A stretch of 64,000 nt of DNA. It comes from the human T2T-CHM13v2.0 reference genome, Homo sapiens. Each line of letters starts with the position of its first letter. The first letter of the stretch is position 1. The DNA lies in NCBI RefSeq assembly GCF_009914755.1, contig NC_060928.1. The stretch is one strand, 5' to 3'. Below the pieces are notes generated by a model. It worked only from the letters and a program-made list of their open reading frames with translations, was not told the origin of the DNA and did no database searches. Of the stretch, positions 43,165 to 57,130 are shown piece by piece. The translations under genes and the position numbers were made by a program.

Positions 43165-43548
43165 AAATGACATCTGAAATTTATCTTTATTTACCCTCTT
43201 CCATAAGAGAAATGATGACTCAAGATACTATCATCTCATGGATCTCTGGTGCCTACCCAGGATAAACTCATTTAGCAGGAAAAATGTGGCTCTGAGATTT
43301 GATACTGTGCTGAGAAAATAATTCGAATTATGTTTGTCTGAATGTGTTGTGTCTGAATGTGTCGAGGTGGGAAGAGGTGATGCAGGAGAAGGTCACATGG
43401 TGTTTTGTGCCCCTTCATGACCCAAAACCTTGCCCGTTATCTTATGTCCTATTCTTACCATGCATGGTGTAGGCTAAACTACCTAATTCAGCTTCATTTT
43501 TTACACTCATCATTTGAAAGTTCTTTCATATTGTTATCTTACGGTCTC

Positions 43549-43915
43549 TTTCACCCGTGTCCATGTGAAGAGACCACCAAACAGGCTTTGTGTGAGCAAT
43601 AAAGTTTTTTAATCACCTGGGTGCAGGTGGGCTGAGTCCAAAAAGAGAGTCAGCAAAGGGAGGTAAGGGTGGGGCTGTTTTATAGGATTTGGGTAGGTAG
43701 TGGAAAATTACAGTCAAAGGCGGTTATTCTTTGGCGGGCAGGGGCGGGGGTTACAAGGTGCTCAGTGGGGGAGCTTCTGAGCCAGGAGAAGGAATTTCGC
43801 AAGGTAATGGCATCAGTTAAGGCAGGCACTGGCCATTTTCACTTCTTTTGTGATTCTTCACTTGCTTCTGGCCATCTGGATGTATACGTGCAGGCTTGGG
43901 CTCAGAGGCCTGACA
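43549..43915 (-). mobile_element. LTR7-family (HERV-H) solo LTR, short type
   Basis: Minus strand TGTCAGGCCTCTGAGCCCAAG...GTGAAA; 5-bp TSD gtctc; TATAAAA 43678-43684; GC box; ATTAAA signal. Confidence 0.93.
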
Positions 43916-44556
43916 GTCTCACTATTGTAATTTAATAACATTTGAATCCAATTTCTTCTTGTTTGGCTCTCAACAAAGAAGAATAGCTAATTAACAGTTT
44001 TCTGTGCAATAATTCATTAGATTTTCTTTTTTGTACTAGATAATAGAGTGTGACTTTGTTTTTATTTATGTCTTGACTGACAGAAATTTTCTGCCTATCC
44101 CTTAAGAATGTTGAGAGGATTCACCAATTAGTGTCCATAAGTTTTTTAACCTCCCTAGAAGAAAGTTTTTACACATAAACACAACATTTCTTTGGGAGTG
44201 GAAATTAAGAAGAAACTAGACCCTGCCTATCATTGTTGTTTTTGGTTTTTTTTAACCATGTTTACAACTATCCATTTTAGATGTCAAAATTGTGGGCTCT
44301 GTTTTTGTTTTGCTCTCTAGAGAGCAGAAATGGTGAATTAAGCAAGTGTGAGATAAAGCCTATAGTTCTCTGTGCCTTCCCTTAATGGGTAACATTTGTA
44401 CTTTTTTTCAATGATATTTTAAATGATACATAGATTTTTTTTCCTCTCAGGCCCAATGCTGTCTCATTTTCTGAATACACTAAAAAATGTTATTTCAGAT
44501 ATGCAAAATCAGAAACATGTGCTTTGAGGCTAATCATATTGTAGTTCTGTGAGGTC

Positions 44557-44626
44557 AGACTCTACATAAAACTTGGCTAATTTAAAATGAAAGACTCTAC
44601 ATAAAACTTGGCTAATTAAAAATGAA
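44557..44626. repeat. 35-bp tandem duplication
   Basis: agactctacataaaacttggctaatt(t/a)aaaatgaa x2. Confidence 0.9.
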
Positions 44627-44860
44627 ATAGAAGCAGCTGTTGTAAAGAATGCAGTATATAAGCTCCCATTTAAAGTTATATTGTATTTTTCTTATTAATT
44701 TTAATTGTGTGTTTTGAGAGAAAGAATTTATTAAAGACATAAAATAAAACCTGGTTTTGCAAGCTTTCTGTAACCAGACTAAAACAGACAGTGCATAAAA
44801 TAAAAAAACTGATTGTGGTCTTTTCTCCCTATTTTACAAAAAGGACACAGATTTTTTTTC

Positions 44861-45895
44861 TGTAACAGGGATATAGGGATATAAGTATATAGGAAAAACC
44901 AAACTGTTTTTTTTTTTCTACTTTCTATACTCACACAGTCATTCAACACTTCTGACACCAAATGTGGCTGAGGGTGTTTGTGGTGGTTACCCACACATCG
45001 AGCAATTCTCTGGTATATTCTCCAGTGGACAACAGTGGGGTATCCTCTAATTCAATTCAATTCTGACACTATATACCTGGAGATAGCATCAGATCCTGCA
45101 TCTTGAGGGCTCAGTTCCACAAGACTGCTCCCCACCTCAGATGCCAGTTGCAACCACATGTGACCTAGCTGGAGACCAACTAGCTATGAATTGGGGCTCC
45201 CACTTCCCTCTCCTTTGGTGTGATTAATTTGCTAGAGCTCATAGAACTCAGGAGAATACTTGACTCATGTTTCCTGGTCTATTAATGCATTATTTAATAA
45301 ATGATACAGGAAAAAAAATTCAGATGAAGATATATAGGGTGAGGTCTGGAAGGGTCCATAACACAGGAGCTTCTGCCTTTGTGGAGTTGGGGTATGCCAC
45401 CCTCCTGGCTCACAGACGTGTTCACCAACCCAGAAGCTCCGAGATTGGAGTAACAGTTTGGAGATCTTTATGGAGGCTTCATCACGTAGACATGATTGAT
45501 TATCAATTCCATTTGCAGTCCCTCTCCCCTCTCTGGAGAAGGAGGAGTTGGGCTGAAAGCTCCAAGTTTATAATCCTAGCTTGGTTTTTCTGGGACCAAG
45601 GGTCAGTTCATTAAAAAAAAAAAAAAATACTCCTATCACCGAGGGAATTCCAAGGGATCTAGGAGCTTTGTGTCTGGAACTGAGATCAAAGACAAAACAA
45701 TAGAATAAAAGATTCTCCTAGCACCCTTATCTACAAAGGTATTAGAAGCTCTGTCTTGGAAACTGGAGCAGAGACCAAACATTAGAACAAAAGATCTCCT
45801 AGCAGCCCTCTCACTCAGGAAATTACAAGGGTTTTAGGAACTCTGTGCCAGGGTCTGGGTCCAGAGACCAATATGTATATTTCTTATTATTTCAT
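44861..45895 (-). mobile_element. MER21-family LTR
   Basis: aattcaattcaattctgacacta...gagggctcagttccacaagactgc...caggaaattacaagggttttagg...agaccaatatgtatatttcttatta. Confidence 0.85.
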
Positions 45896-48123
45896 GGCAG
45901 ATTATTATGAAATTCTTTTTTTTCACAGTAGATTACACAATAATTAAATACTGACAATTACATTTCAAACCTTAAGACTTCAATATTGCTTTGGCAAACT
46001 AAAACACACAAACTGAAACATACAAAACTACATTGTTTTTGTATGTTTAACACACTCTTTCTCACTACATGCAGTTCTGATCTCAATTACAAGTACAATA
46101 AATGGTATGGGGTAGTGGTACTTTATTTAAGCACCTCATTGACCAGATCCTGAGAATGGATTGGTACTGGCACTTTCTTGATTTCAAGTTAAGATCTGGC
46201 TCAGGTTGTTCTCTTTTCCCTTCCTTTTCTTTAAAAATTTCTCTGATACACTGCTGATGTGTGATTCTGGTGTACTGTATAAAATCTAGATACCTATCTC
46301 AAACATTTTTTGGTTTTTCCATAATAAATATGTTTTTCTTTTATTACTGGAAAAGTAATAAAAGAAATAAACAGTAATATAACTGCAATATAGATACAGA
46401 AAATCTATTTTTAAAATGTTTAGAGTTTTTTGTGTGAATTATTTAACTATTTTGAGAGAGATCCAAGCATAGAACTAGCTATATACCTGTTACTGATTTT
46501 AATGTTTTGAACAATGTTTTCTGGGATTTGGGTAGTGGTATAACTTACAACACCATTATTATATTTTGCATATGTACATTATAGTTTGCATTATTATTGA
46601 TTACATACTTAACTCATATTAATAACTGATTGCCTTATAGGATAACATTTTGAAGATTGTGAGCACTCAATTAAATGAATGAACCAATAATAAATGGAGA
46701 AGGGACCTCATATCATTGTATTTAACATGTTCCATAGAAAAGTATAATCCAACTTGTAAGATGATTAGTGATTTGCTTAGATTGCACAAATGCTTCTGAG
46801 ATGACAGTGTGTTCCAGTTTAGAAGTAAACCTCAAAGACAATGAGTTAGACTATATTGCAACGATTATGTAAATTGTTATGTCTTGAGTAAAATCAAGGC
46901 ATATGGACAGATAGGTTTACTCAAGTAATGTTCTAAAAAAAGCAGGTGGATTGATGTATGCAATTATTAAAGCTACAGGTAAATAGGTTAGTTTCCATGA
47001 TCTTATACCATTTTCTTTTTAATGACACCCACATTCCTATGGTGACAAGCTGGGGTATAGTCAGGAGCGCAATAGTAGGTACAGTCTCTCCTCACTCATT
47101 TCTTTTTAATCTTGGGAGAAAGGTCACTATTCACTGCTCTCCATTGCTTTGTGGACTTGTGATCAGTATGTGTTGTATAATCTTTTAGTTTTTAGCAGTA
47201 AACTCTTCTCTTAAAAATGGCATCAAATGGAGACATTGAATATAGAGTTAATCTTATTTGAGAAGAGTTTGGACTATAAGAGAGTTTAGGTTGATTTTCT
47301 GACATATGCTGGTAACTTAAATTTTATAATGTGACAAAAAATGCGTTTTCAAATATCTTATTTTCAATTATTAAAATATAAAAATATAGTATTTACTTAT
47401 TATGTGTCATGCATTGTTCTGAGTACTTCAGTTTAACAATGAACAAAATTGTCACAAATTTCTACTGTACTAGTGGGGGATAAATGAGTCTGGAGTTTAG
47501 GTCAATGAATAAGACACATAATATGGAAATATGTAAAGAGGGGGTGATCAATAGTGCAGGTTGTGATGGCAGGTTGCCATTGTAAACAGGGTGATTACAG
47601 TAAGACTCATTGAGAAGTTGACATTTGAGCAAAGACTTAAAGAATGTGATTCATGTGATTCATGTGATTATCAATAGAAACTGCTTTCCAGGCAGAGACA
47701 TCAACCAAGGCAAGAGCCTCAGTTACAGCTTGCTTACAGTTTGGAGAAATGGCAATGAGGCCAGTAGAATAAGAGGGGGAGGGTAGAGAGATGAAAGGCC
47801 AGGGAGCTAATAGAGAAACAGGGCTAAATGATGCAGTGTCTTAGGGCCTCTGCATCACCTCATTCATATAGAATAAAATGGCCTTATGTTTTATCTAGGC
47901 CACTGTAAAGGATATTGGTTTTCACAGCTTAGTGAAATGAGGGATAATTGAACAATTCTGTGCAGAGAAGTGACAAGATCTGACTTACATTGAAGTGTGT
48001 TTAGAAAAGATGCGGCAGGGGCAAAGGTGGAAATGAAAATTACTTGAATGTTATCAATGAATGTAGAAGATAGTGATGGTGACTCAGAACAGGGTTATAG
48101 CAGTAGAGTGATAAGAAATGTAA

Positions 48124-48515
<392 letters not shown>

Positions 48516-48781
48516 TAGATTCAAAATAATATATTTTGGAGACAAAAACAACAGGAATTTCTGAGTGATTGATGTTGGGTGTAAAATGGCTAAAGTCTAG
48601 GGCTGGAGTGGGTTGGTGGGGGGAAAACTGGAGTTTAATAACGCACCTGTTAATTTTGAGAATATCTTTTGGATAGCTAAATTTCAAGTCCTGGGTTGTA
48701 TGTATTAGTCTAGAGCTCCAGAACAAAGTTTGGATTAGAAAATCATATTTGGGAGTCATTGACATATAGATGGCCTTTATA

Positions 48782-48860
48782 TTAGGTTGGTGCAAAGGTA
48801 ATTACAGTTTTTGCCATTGAAAGTAATGGCAAAAACCTCAATGCTTTTGCACCAATCTAG
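48782..48860. mobile_element. MADE1 (Hsmar1-derived MITE)
   Basis: ttaggttggtgcaaaggtaatt...tttgccatt gaaagt aatggcaaaaac...tttgcaccaatctag, ~80-bp palindrome after TA. Confidence 0.92.
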
Positions 48861-49148
48861 TTATGAAACTGGATCAGATCACCAAAGGACGGGTGTAGAT
48901 AAAGAGGAGAAGGGAATCGAGGAATAGCCCAAAGACACTCCAACATTAAGAAATTAGAAAAGAACAACAACAAAGAAGTTTGAATAGAAGAGGTGAGTGG
49001 TGTAGGAGGAAAACCAAGAGAGTAATATTTTGGAATTGCAGTAAGAAAAGAATATCAAAGGGGAGGGATAATCAACTAGCTCAATGCTGCTTAAAAGTTG
49101 AGAAGGAGGAGGACAAGAGCTGACCATTGCACTTATTATCATGGAGGT

Positions 49149-49658
49149 TGTGTTAGTCTAGATTCTGTAGAGAAACAGAACTAATAGCATGTGTGTGTGT
49201 ATATACATTATACAGAGAGAGAATGCACACTCACACATACATACACACACACACACACACATACCTGAGAGTGAGAAAAAAAGAGATTTCTTTTAAGAAA
49301 TTGTGGCACAATCGTGGGGACTGGCAAGTCTGCAATCTGCAGGGCAGGCTGACAGGCTGAAGACCCAGCAGAGCTGATGTTGCAGTCTTGAGTCCAAAAG
49401 CAGTTTGGAGGCAGAATTCCATTTTTCTTGGAGGATCTCAGTCTTTTTTCTCACAACTTTCAACTGATTTAATGAGGTGTACACATATTATAAAGGGTAA
49501 TTTGCTTTACTTGAAATCTACTGATTTAAATGTTAATCACATCTGAAAATACCTTCACAGAAAATACCTTCATGGAAAATACCTTCATAGTAACTGGTGT
49601 TTATCAAACAACTGGGTACCAATCCTAGCCAAGTTAACACATAAAATTAACCATCACA
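49149..49658 (-). mobile_element. MLT2 (MLT2D-like) ERVL solo LTR
   Basis: tgtgttagtc...agagaaacagaac...aaaattaaccatcaca; TSD gaggt/gaagt; internal 15-mer x3 at 49545-49589. Confidence 0.88.
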
Positions 49659-51389
49659 GAAGTCATTGATGAACTGAGAAAAATAGTTGCAACAGAACAT
49701 TTTTACTACTATATTCCAGTGTCTTATTAATAGAATGGTACTTAGCTCAATAAATAGTTGTCAAAAAATGTATTTTCCACTGATTTTTTTCTTAGATATG
49801 TTATCCTTACTTGAATCTAGTTAGAAAAAATACGCCAAAAGGAAAAAATTGAGAAACTTCTCTTTATTTTAGTCTGTAAAAACATATAGAGGTTGAGGAG
49901 TAATAGAAACAATTTAAAAACTGGTCAATGGAAAACCAAGAAAATAATTCTATAGTAAAGTATAATGGAAAAACATACAAATAACCAAATGTTTTAACAA
50001 GTCAAATTTTTTATTTTCTGGTAACATTTCTGTATTACCAAAAATTAAGATTTTATGACTGTTCTTTAAATAGTCTCAAATTTCTGTCTGTGGAATTGAG
50101 AATAAGTATGGTAATTACTTATGCATTCCCAAATACTGGAGAAATAGCTCTAAATAAGATATATAGATAATTAGATATTTTCATTGGTGACGTCCAGAAG
50201 ATTTAATTTTGTTTCCCATTAAGATTTTGCTAGAGTTACCAAGTTACCAAATGTGGAACTTTCCCCCTTATTTCCCTGTCCTCTGGGTAATCACTGTCTG
50301 GTAACATCTGAAACCCCAAAGTTATCGTGTTCATTGAGTGACTAGCTTCCTGGTATCATTTGGCCTTTTAAATTCCAAGAGCTGGACTTTCCACAATCAG
50401 TTCCAGAGTTTTGAAACGTCTTAAAATGAACATGACGCTGTTTTTGCTCTTTCTTGATCTAATTATGCTTGGTTGAATTGTCAGGCTTACTGGTACAACA
50501 CTGAGTATTTTACCATACTGTAGATAAAAAGACTGTTTATGGGTTACCATTAAAGTTCCTAAATTAGCTAAACTGAAGGTATGTGGTAAGAGTGAGAGCA
50601 CTTCAAATATTCCAACTCTCATTACAGTTTAGTTTCATGATATAATTTGTTAGAGTATGCAAGCAAGATGATTTTTATCTAGGTAAGTTTGCTACAAAGT
50701 ATAATTTTTTCTATTAAAACACTGATTTAGTACAGTCTGAGAATGCCTAGATTAGTGATTTCCACCAGACAAATATGATTCAAAAGAAAATCCAATTCAC
50801 AATTCATCTATTAAAAAAAGCACAAATCATTAATTAGTCATGTCTGAGAAAGAATAATTTTGACTCCAAAAACTATGTGTTGATTGATATTAGCTTAACC
50901 ATTCTATGTGTCAAAATAATTCATAGAGTTCTGCCCAAATTTTATTTTGACATTTAATGTTTATCGGTGACAGTTATAATAATTAAAGAAATAACTTTTC
51001 TACAGTACATCTATCTTCCACAAAACAATGTCTTGGTTCAGATCTTCAAGACTGAGACTATTTTTATGGCACAGTGTTTAGCTATGAAATAGTTGGTTAT
51101 TGATTAAATGTATAAGTGAACTAATAAGTATATTGATGAAGAATTTTATTAAGTATCAGATTTGGCTCTGAACTTCTTGGTAGTCAAGACAAAAAGGAAA
51201 CATGGTAGACTACAAAATTTTCAGTGCCTGATACAACAAAGAATATCCGATGAGATTTTCTTCATATTTCTCCCCTGGCACAAGCTGTTTTTATTTGCTT
51301 AATTTTCTCCTTTCCTCCTATGTCAATAGAGCATGAGAACTTCTTCCAATGAAAGGTTAACCTGCTGGTTTACAACATTCCTTTGTATT

Positions 51390-51700
51390 TTTGCTACAGC
51401 TTCCTCAGCAGGTTTCCCTGCTTTCACTCTTGCTCTCCTGTGGTATATTTTTAACATAGCAGAGATTCTGGTAAAATGTAAATTAGATCACATCATTCCT
51501 CTGATCAAAATCTTCAAATGTGTTTTACTTTACCAAGAAAAATATCCATAGACCTTAAAGTGATTTACAAATCCCTGCCCTTATTTCCCTTCCTTCTGTC
51601 CCTCATGTTCTCCATCTTTATCTCATCTCCTCTCATTCTATTCCTAACTTTATCTGCTCTAATCACATTGGCCTCTTTCCTCAAACACACTAAACCAATC
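51390..51700 (+). mobile_element. L2 fragment
   Basis: caggtttccctgctttcactcttgc...aaaatgtaaattagatcacatcattcctctg. Confidence 0.65.
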
Positions 51701-51714
51701 ACGGTATCAGATAT

Positions 51715-52110
51715 GCTGGCAGGAGATGCTGTTATAGGACTGGGCTCTCTGATACCAGTGGAATGATATCTGAGTCCTGAAATTAGAGAAGCCATGTGGC
51801 AGCTTTTAACTACCAGAAGCAATGTGTAGACAGTAACTATTAAAAGTGGCCAGATCAGGATAACAGCCAGGGGACCTGATCCACAGAATATTATGGAGAT
51901 AGTTAATAGAATAGATAGAATAAAAAAGTCACAATCCCTTGCTTTTTTTTTTTTCTACCTCAGTCAGGTTTCATACCGGAATCTTCTGACTAAAGAGAGG
52001 TCTCATCTCCAGTAGGAAGAATCCCATAACATCAAGACAAGTGTATATGGTAGTCATTTCCTAAATCTATCCCTAAAAAGGATGTATGGTCATGTTACTG
52101 TGGGAAGGGC
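51715..52110 (+). mobile_element. ERVL-class internal fragment (gag/pro region, HERV16-like)
   Basis: ggagatgctgttatag..ctgggctc, tggcagcttttaactaccagaagcaa, cacaatcccttgc, caagtgtatatggtag motifs. Confidence 0.5.
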
Positions 52111-52328
52111 TATTGGCATGGGTGTAGGTTGGCACTGGTACCTGGGGACTGAAATGAGACGTAAGGTAGTATGCACTTTTTTTTCTGTCTGCTTTGAAGA
52201 TTTTTCTTTGTCCTTGGTTTTTAGATTTTTTTGCAAAATGAACCTAGATGTTATTTTGTATATGTATGCTTATTCTTGCTATAGACTGTTTACACTCCTT
52301 TAAACTCATATATTATTACTGTGCTTTA

Positions 52329-52605
<277 letters not shown>

Positions 52606-52607
52606 TT

Positions 52608-52924
52608 ATATATTAAAACCTAATCCCCGGTGTGATGGTATTTAGAGGTGGGACTTTGAAAACTTATTAGGTTATGAGGGTGGAGCACCATGAATGGGAT
52701 TAGTGCCCTTATAAGAAGGGGCCCTAGAGAGCTACTTTGCACCTTCCACCATGAGGGCACAGCGAAAAGACAGCTATCTAAGAACTAGGAAGCAGGACCT
52801 CAGCAGACACAAGATCTGCTTGAGCTTGGATCTTGGACCCAGCCTCTAGAACTATGAGAAACAAATGTATTGGCCACTCAGTCTATGTCATTTTTTGTTG
52901 TTGTTACAGAAGCTCAAAGAGACA
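52608..52924 (+). mobile_element. MLT1A-type MaLR LTR
   Basis: acctaatccccggtgtgatggtattt...atgaatgggattagtgcccttataaga...agaactatgagaa. Confidence 0.82.
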
Positions 52925-53869
52925 GTCGTGTTTGTGTTTCATAGACATTTTAAAATTCATTTATTGGTTTTGGATAACTTGTAACAACTATCTTTCAAAT
53001 AATTAATTCTGTCCCATTCTCCCTTTTTTGATATCCCGTTAAATATATATTACTCTTTTAAAAATTTCTATATATCTCTTTATGTTCTCTTCTGTATTTT
53101 TCATCTTTCTATTTTTCAATATTTTAGTGCAGATATTTCCTATCCTATCTTTTAATTTAGTTTACAAGCTACTTCATTTTAATTATTTTTAAACTGATAT
53201 ATAGTATGAACTCTATTGTATGTAAAAGGAAAGTAGCATAAATCAGTTTCTTTTCTCGTGTGAGTGTGGTGAGATTTGTGGTTACTCTTACATTCTTATT
53301 TGTTTAAATTATATTTAAAATTGTGCTACAAGCTCCATATTTCATAACCTTTTACCATAAGGCTTAGAGTTGCCGTGCCCTAGCAGTGTAAATCCTCCAA
53401 TTTTGAACACAAAAATTGGGGCACACAAAACCTGAGTCTGAATAGAATTTTAATTCGACCAAGTTAGAAGGTCTTCTGTTACAGAAGATTTACTGATTGA
53501 AGAACAAATTTAGAACATTATGAATAAATCATTCCTAAGAGTAAAAGGTAAGTCTGTGGAAAAATAGGAGTAGATTATGGAATATCTGTGCTAGTGGCTG
53601 TTTTTTTCTAGGGTAGCTGGACACTGGAGAGTCTTGGTTAACAGACAAAACTTTTGCCTCTACCTGGCATGCTCCCTTGCACACATTTGTGCATTAACAA
53701 AGCCAAGTCTTAAGGCCCAGGGTATATTTCTAGGCAGCTTAACGTGGCCATTCCAGAAAGATAAGTAAAAAAACACTCTCTTACAAAGGTAGAAACAAAA
53801 TGATGTATAAAACAAAACAAAACAAAGACCATTATTCCTTCAATTGGCTATCTGAGAAAAAGGGGAGTG

Positions 53870-54531
<662 letters not shown>

Positions 54532-54547
54532 AGATGGTTTTCAGATG

Positions 54548-54885
54548 GTTTTGAACAACAGAAATTCATTCTTTCACAGTTCTGGAGGCCAGAAGTACAA
54601 AATTAAGGTATCCACAGAGCATGCTGTCTCTGGAGACTAAAGACTTCATAAGCCTTCAGAGAAAATTCTTTCCATGCCATTCTTTCAGCTTCTGGTGTTG
54701 CCAGCAATCCTTGGCATCCTTTGGCTTGTAGATGCATAACTCCATTTTCTGCCTCCATCATCATGTGATGTTTTCCTTGTCTTACGGTCTCTTCTCCTTT
54801 TCTTATAAGGACACAAATCATATGGGATTAGGGTCCACTCTAATTGAACATGATCTCATCTTAACTTGATTACATCTACAAAGTG
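54548..54885 (-). mobile_element. MLT1C-like LTR, 3' end missing
   Basis: aacaacagaaattcattctttcacagttctggaggccagaagt...gcaatccttggcatcctttggcttgtag. Confidence 0.8.
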
Positions 54886-55229
54886 ATGTTCATGCAAGTC
54901 CCTTTTTTTTTAAACTGTAAAATATGGGACTTGGACATCTCTTCTAGGTAGACAATTTCATAATCTCTAACTCCTCTTATTTTGTTTCTTTTTTAAGTTC
55001 ATAATTGTATCACATTCATTAGCATGCTTGTTTTGATTATATATTTTTCCAAAAAAGAAAAACAATGAACAAAACCATATGAATTTGTGAGACTGTCTAT
55101 GAAGAATGAGAAATGTAGCCATACGCAGTTAGCAAACAGTTTTCACAAAGAATTTGGATGATTCAAGACAAGGAAGCAAAAATATTTAAAAAATCTCAAC
55201 TATTTAAATAGCTCAAGCCTGTTCCGACC

Positions 55230-55610
55230 TTAGTACTCTGCCATGTGCTATTCTGTCTCCTGGAAAGGTTCCACTCTGACTAACTTCTACACCTTTCGCA
55301 GGTTATAGCTCAGCTGTCAAGCACAGAAAGCTTCTGTGACATCTCTCACTCCTTCTTCACCTTTTAAATGGGGTTCTTTTAGTTATTTTCACTCTTAAAA
55401 TCTATTTTTTTGTTTATTACACCTATTATAGTTTGTAATCACATATTTATTTTTGTGTTTTTTTGTTTACTTTCTCTCTTCTTTATTTGACTGTACATTC
55501 CTGGTGGCAGAGATCATATCTGAATTTATTTTAAATCTGTCTCCCTAGAGCTTAGCACAGCAAGTGTTTTGTTCATATTAGATAATCATTTTTCAAATGT
55601 TCAAATGAAT
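55230..55610 (+). mobile_element. L2 3' fragment
   Basis: gtgctattctgtctcctggaa...tgactgtacattcctggtggcagagatca...cttagcacag. Confidence 0.6.
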
Positions 55611-55878
55611 ATATTTAGTCATATTGTCACTGGTTCTGTATTGCTATATCAAGAAGAAGAATTTGGGTTTGTGAATCTTTGTATAACTCAATATAATATG
55701 TTACCTTTATTGCCTAAGAGTTTGTCAAAGGAATGACTGAGAGGGGCTGGATGACCAAAGGGTAAAATGTGGCCAACTTCCCTTGATTAGGCCATCTTAA
55801 AAATAAAATGTTAAGTATTAAATGATGACACTATATTAAGATAAATGAGATTATTTTAAAAAGTACTTAATTATAAAC

Positions 55879-56092
55879 CAGGGTTTCTCAACCTCTGCAC
55901 CACTGACGTTATTTTGGACCAAATAATTCTTTGTTGTGGGGCTGTCCTGTGCATTGTGGGATATTTAGCAGCATCTCTGGATTCTACCCAGTGGATTCCA
56001 GTAACACCCCTTCAGTTGTAACCACCAAAATTGTCTCCAGACATTACCAAACATCCCCTGGGACATAAAATTGTCCCAGTTGAAAACCACTG
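55879..56092 (+). mobile_element. MER20 (hAT-Charlie)
   Basis: cagggtttctcaacct...ataattctttgttgtgggg...ccagttgaaaaccactg. Confidence 0.88.
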
Positions 56093-56164
56093 CACCTCAG
56101 AATTAATAAACAAAAAAAGCTAAACCAAAGCAAACAAAAACAAGAAGCAGAAATCCCTATGTTA

Positions 56165-56350
56165 CATATTATCTCATTTCACTGTCCCAAAGACCTCAAA
56201 AATCTCATAAGACAGGTCAGTGTTGTCTTTATTTCATATGTAAAGAGAAGCAAATAGGAAAAATTATGTGACCACCTCAATGCCTCATAGTCAGAGGCAG
56301 AGCAAGGATTATGAATCTAGGTCTTTTGATTTCAAACTTTGTGCCATTTC
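56165..56350 (-). mobile_element. MIR fragment
   Basis: atattatctcatttc...ggcagagcaaggattatgaatctaggtct. Confidence 0.5.
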
Positions 56351-56657
56351 CATGAAAATGTTTTTCTGTCTTAGTGAAGATACTCACTGGAAGGGTTCCA
56401 GAACAGAGGTGAGCTTCAGCCCCTGGATAGTGAGGGCCCTGGGAGGTGAGTGGGCTGCAGGCATTCCTGCTACCAACATTCCCAAGGCTGAGTGTTGTCT
56501 CGGGGGTTCCCAGTGACTATGGCCTAATTTGGGATCACACCTAAGAGAAAGTGATTCTATCTTATTCTTTTTTTTTTCAGTATACGTTTGTGTTGACATT
56601 GTAACTTTTGAGAGCAGAATTGCTGATATTAATAGTATCAGCAGTTGATGTGTTTTG

Positions 56658-56907
56658 CTGAGGTGAGAGGATTGCTTGAGGCTGTGAGTTCAAGGTTAGC
56701 CTGGACAACATAGTGATATCCCATTTCTACAAAAAATAAAATTAAAAAAGTTAACTTGGCATGGTGGTTCGTGCTTCAGCCTCAGGAGGCTGAGGTGGGA
56801 GGATAGCTTGGGCCCAAGAGGTTGAGAATGCAGTAAGCCATGATCATGCCACTGCACTCCAGTCTGGGCAACAGAGAAAGACCCTGTCTCAAAAAAAGAA
56901 AAAGAAA
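56658..56907 (+). mobile_element. AluJ, 5'-truncated
   Basis: gaggattgcttgagg...gagttcaagg...gaccctgtctc(A)n. Confidence 0.88.
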
Positions 56908-56959
56908 TATTACATTTGTTTTTTTTTTTTTTCCACTTGTGGGTTGGGGAAGAGGCAAG

Positions 56960-57130
56960 CAGGGAGAAATAGAGTCACAGAAAGAGAAACACACACAGTT
57001 TCAGAACAAGAGAAATTGAAAGTCAGAGACAGACAGAGAAAGACATATAGAAAGATACTTACACACATATGGAGCCATAGATAGAGGCACAAACAGAAGC
57101 ATATACAGACCCAGGGAGAGACAGAGGCAC
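56960..57130. repeat. GA/CA-rich low-complexity tract
   Basis: Read directly. Confidence 0.7.

Noticed and set aside
56384-56455. Cluster of donor-like motifs on both strands
   Set aside because: No matching acceptor/exon structure can be supported from sequence alone.
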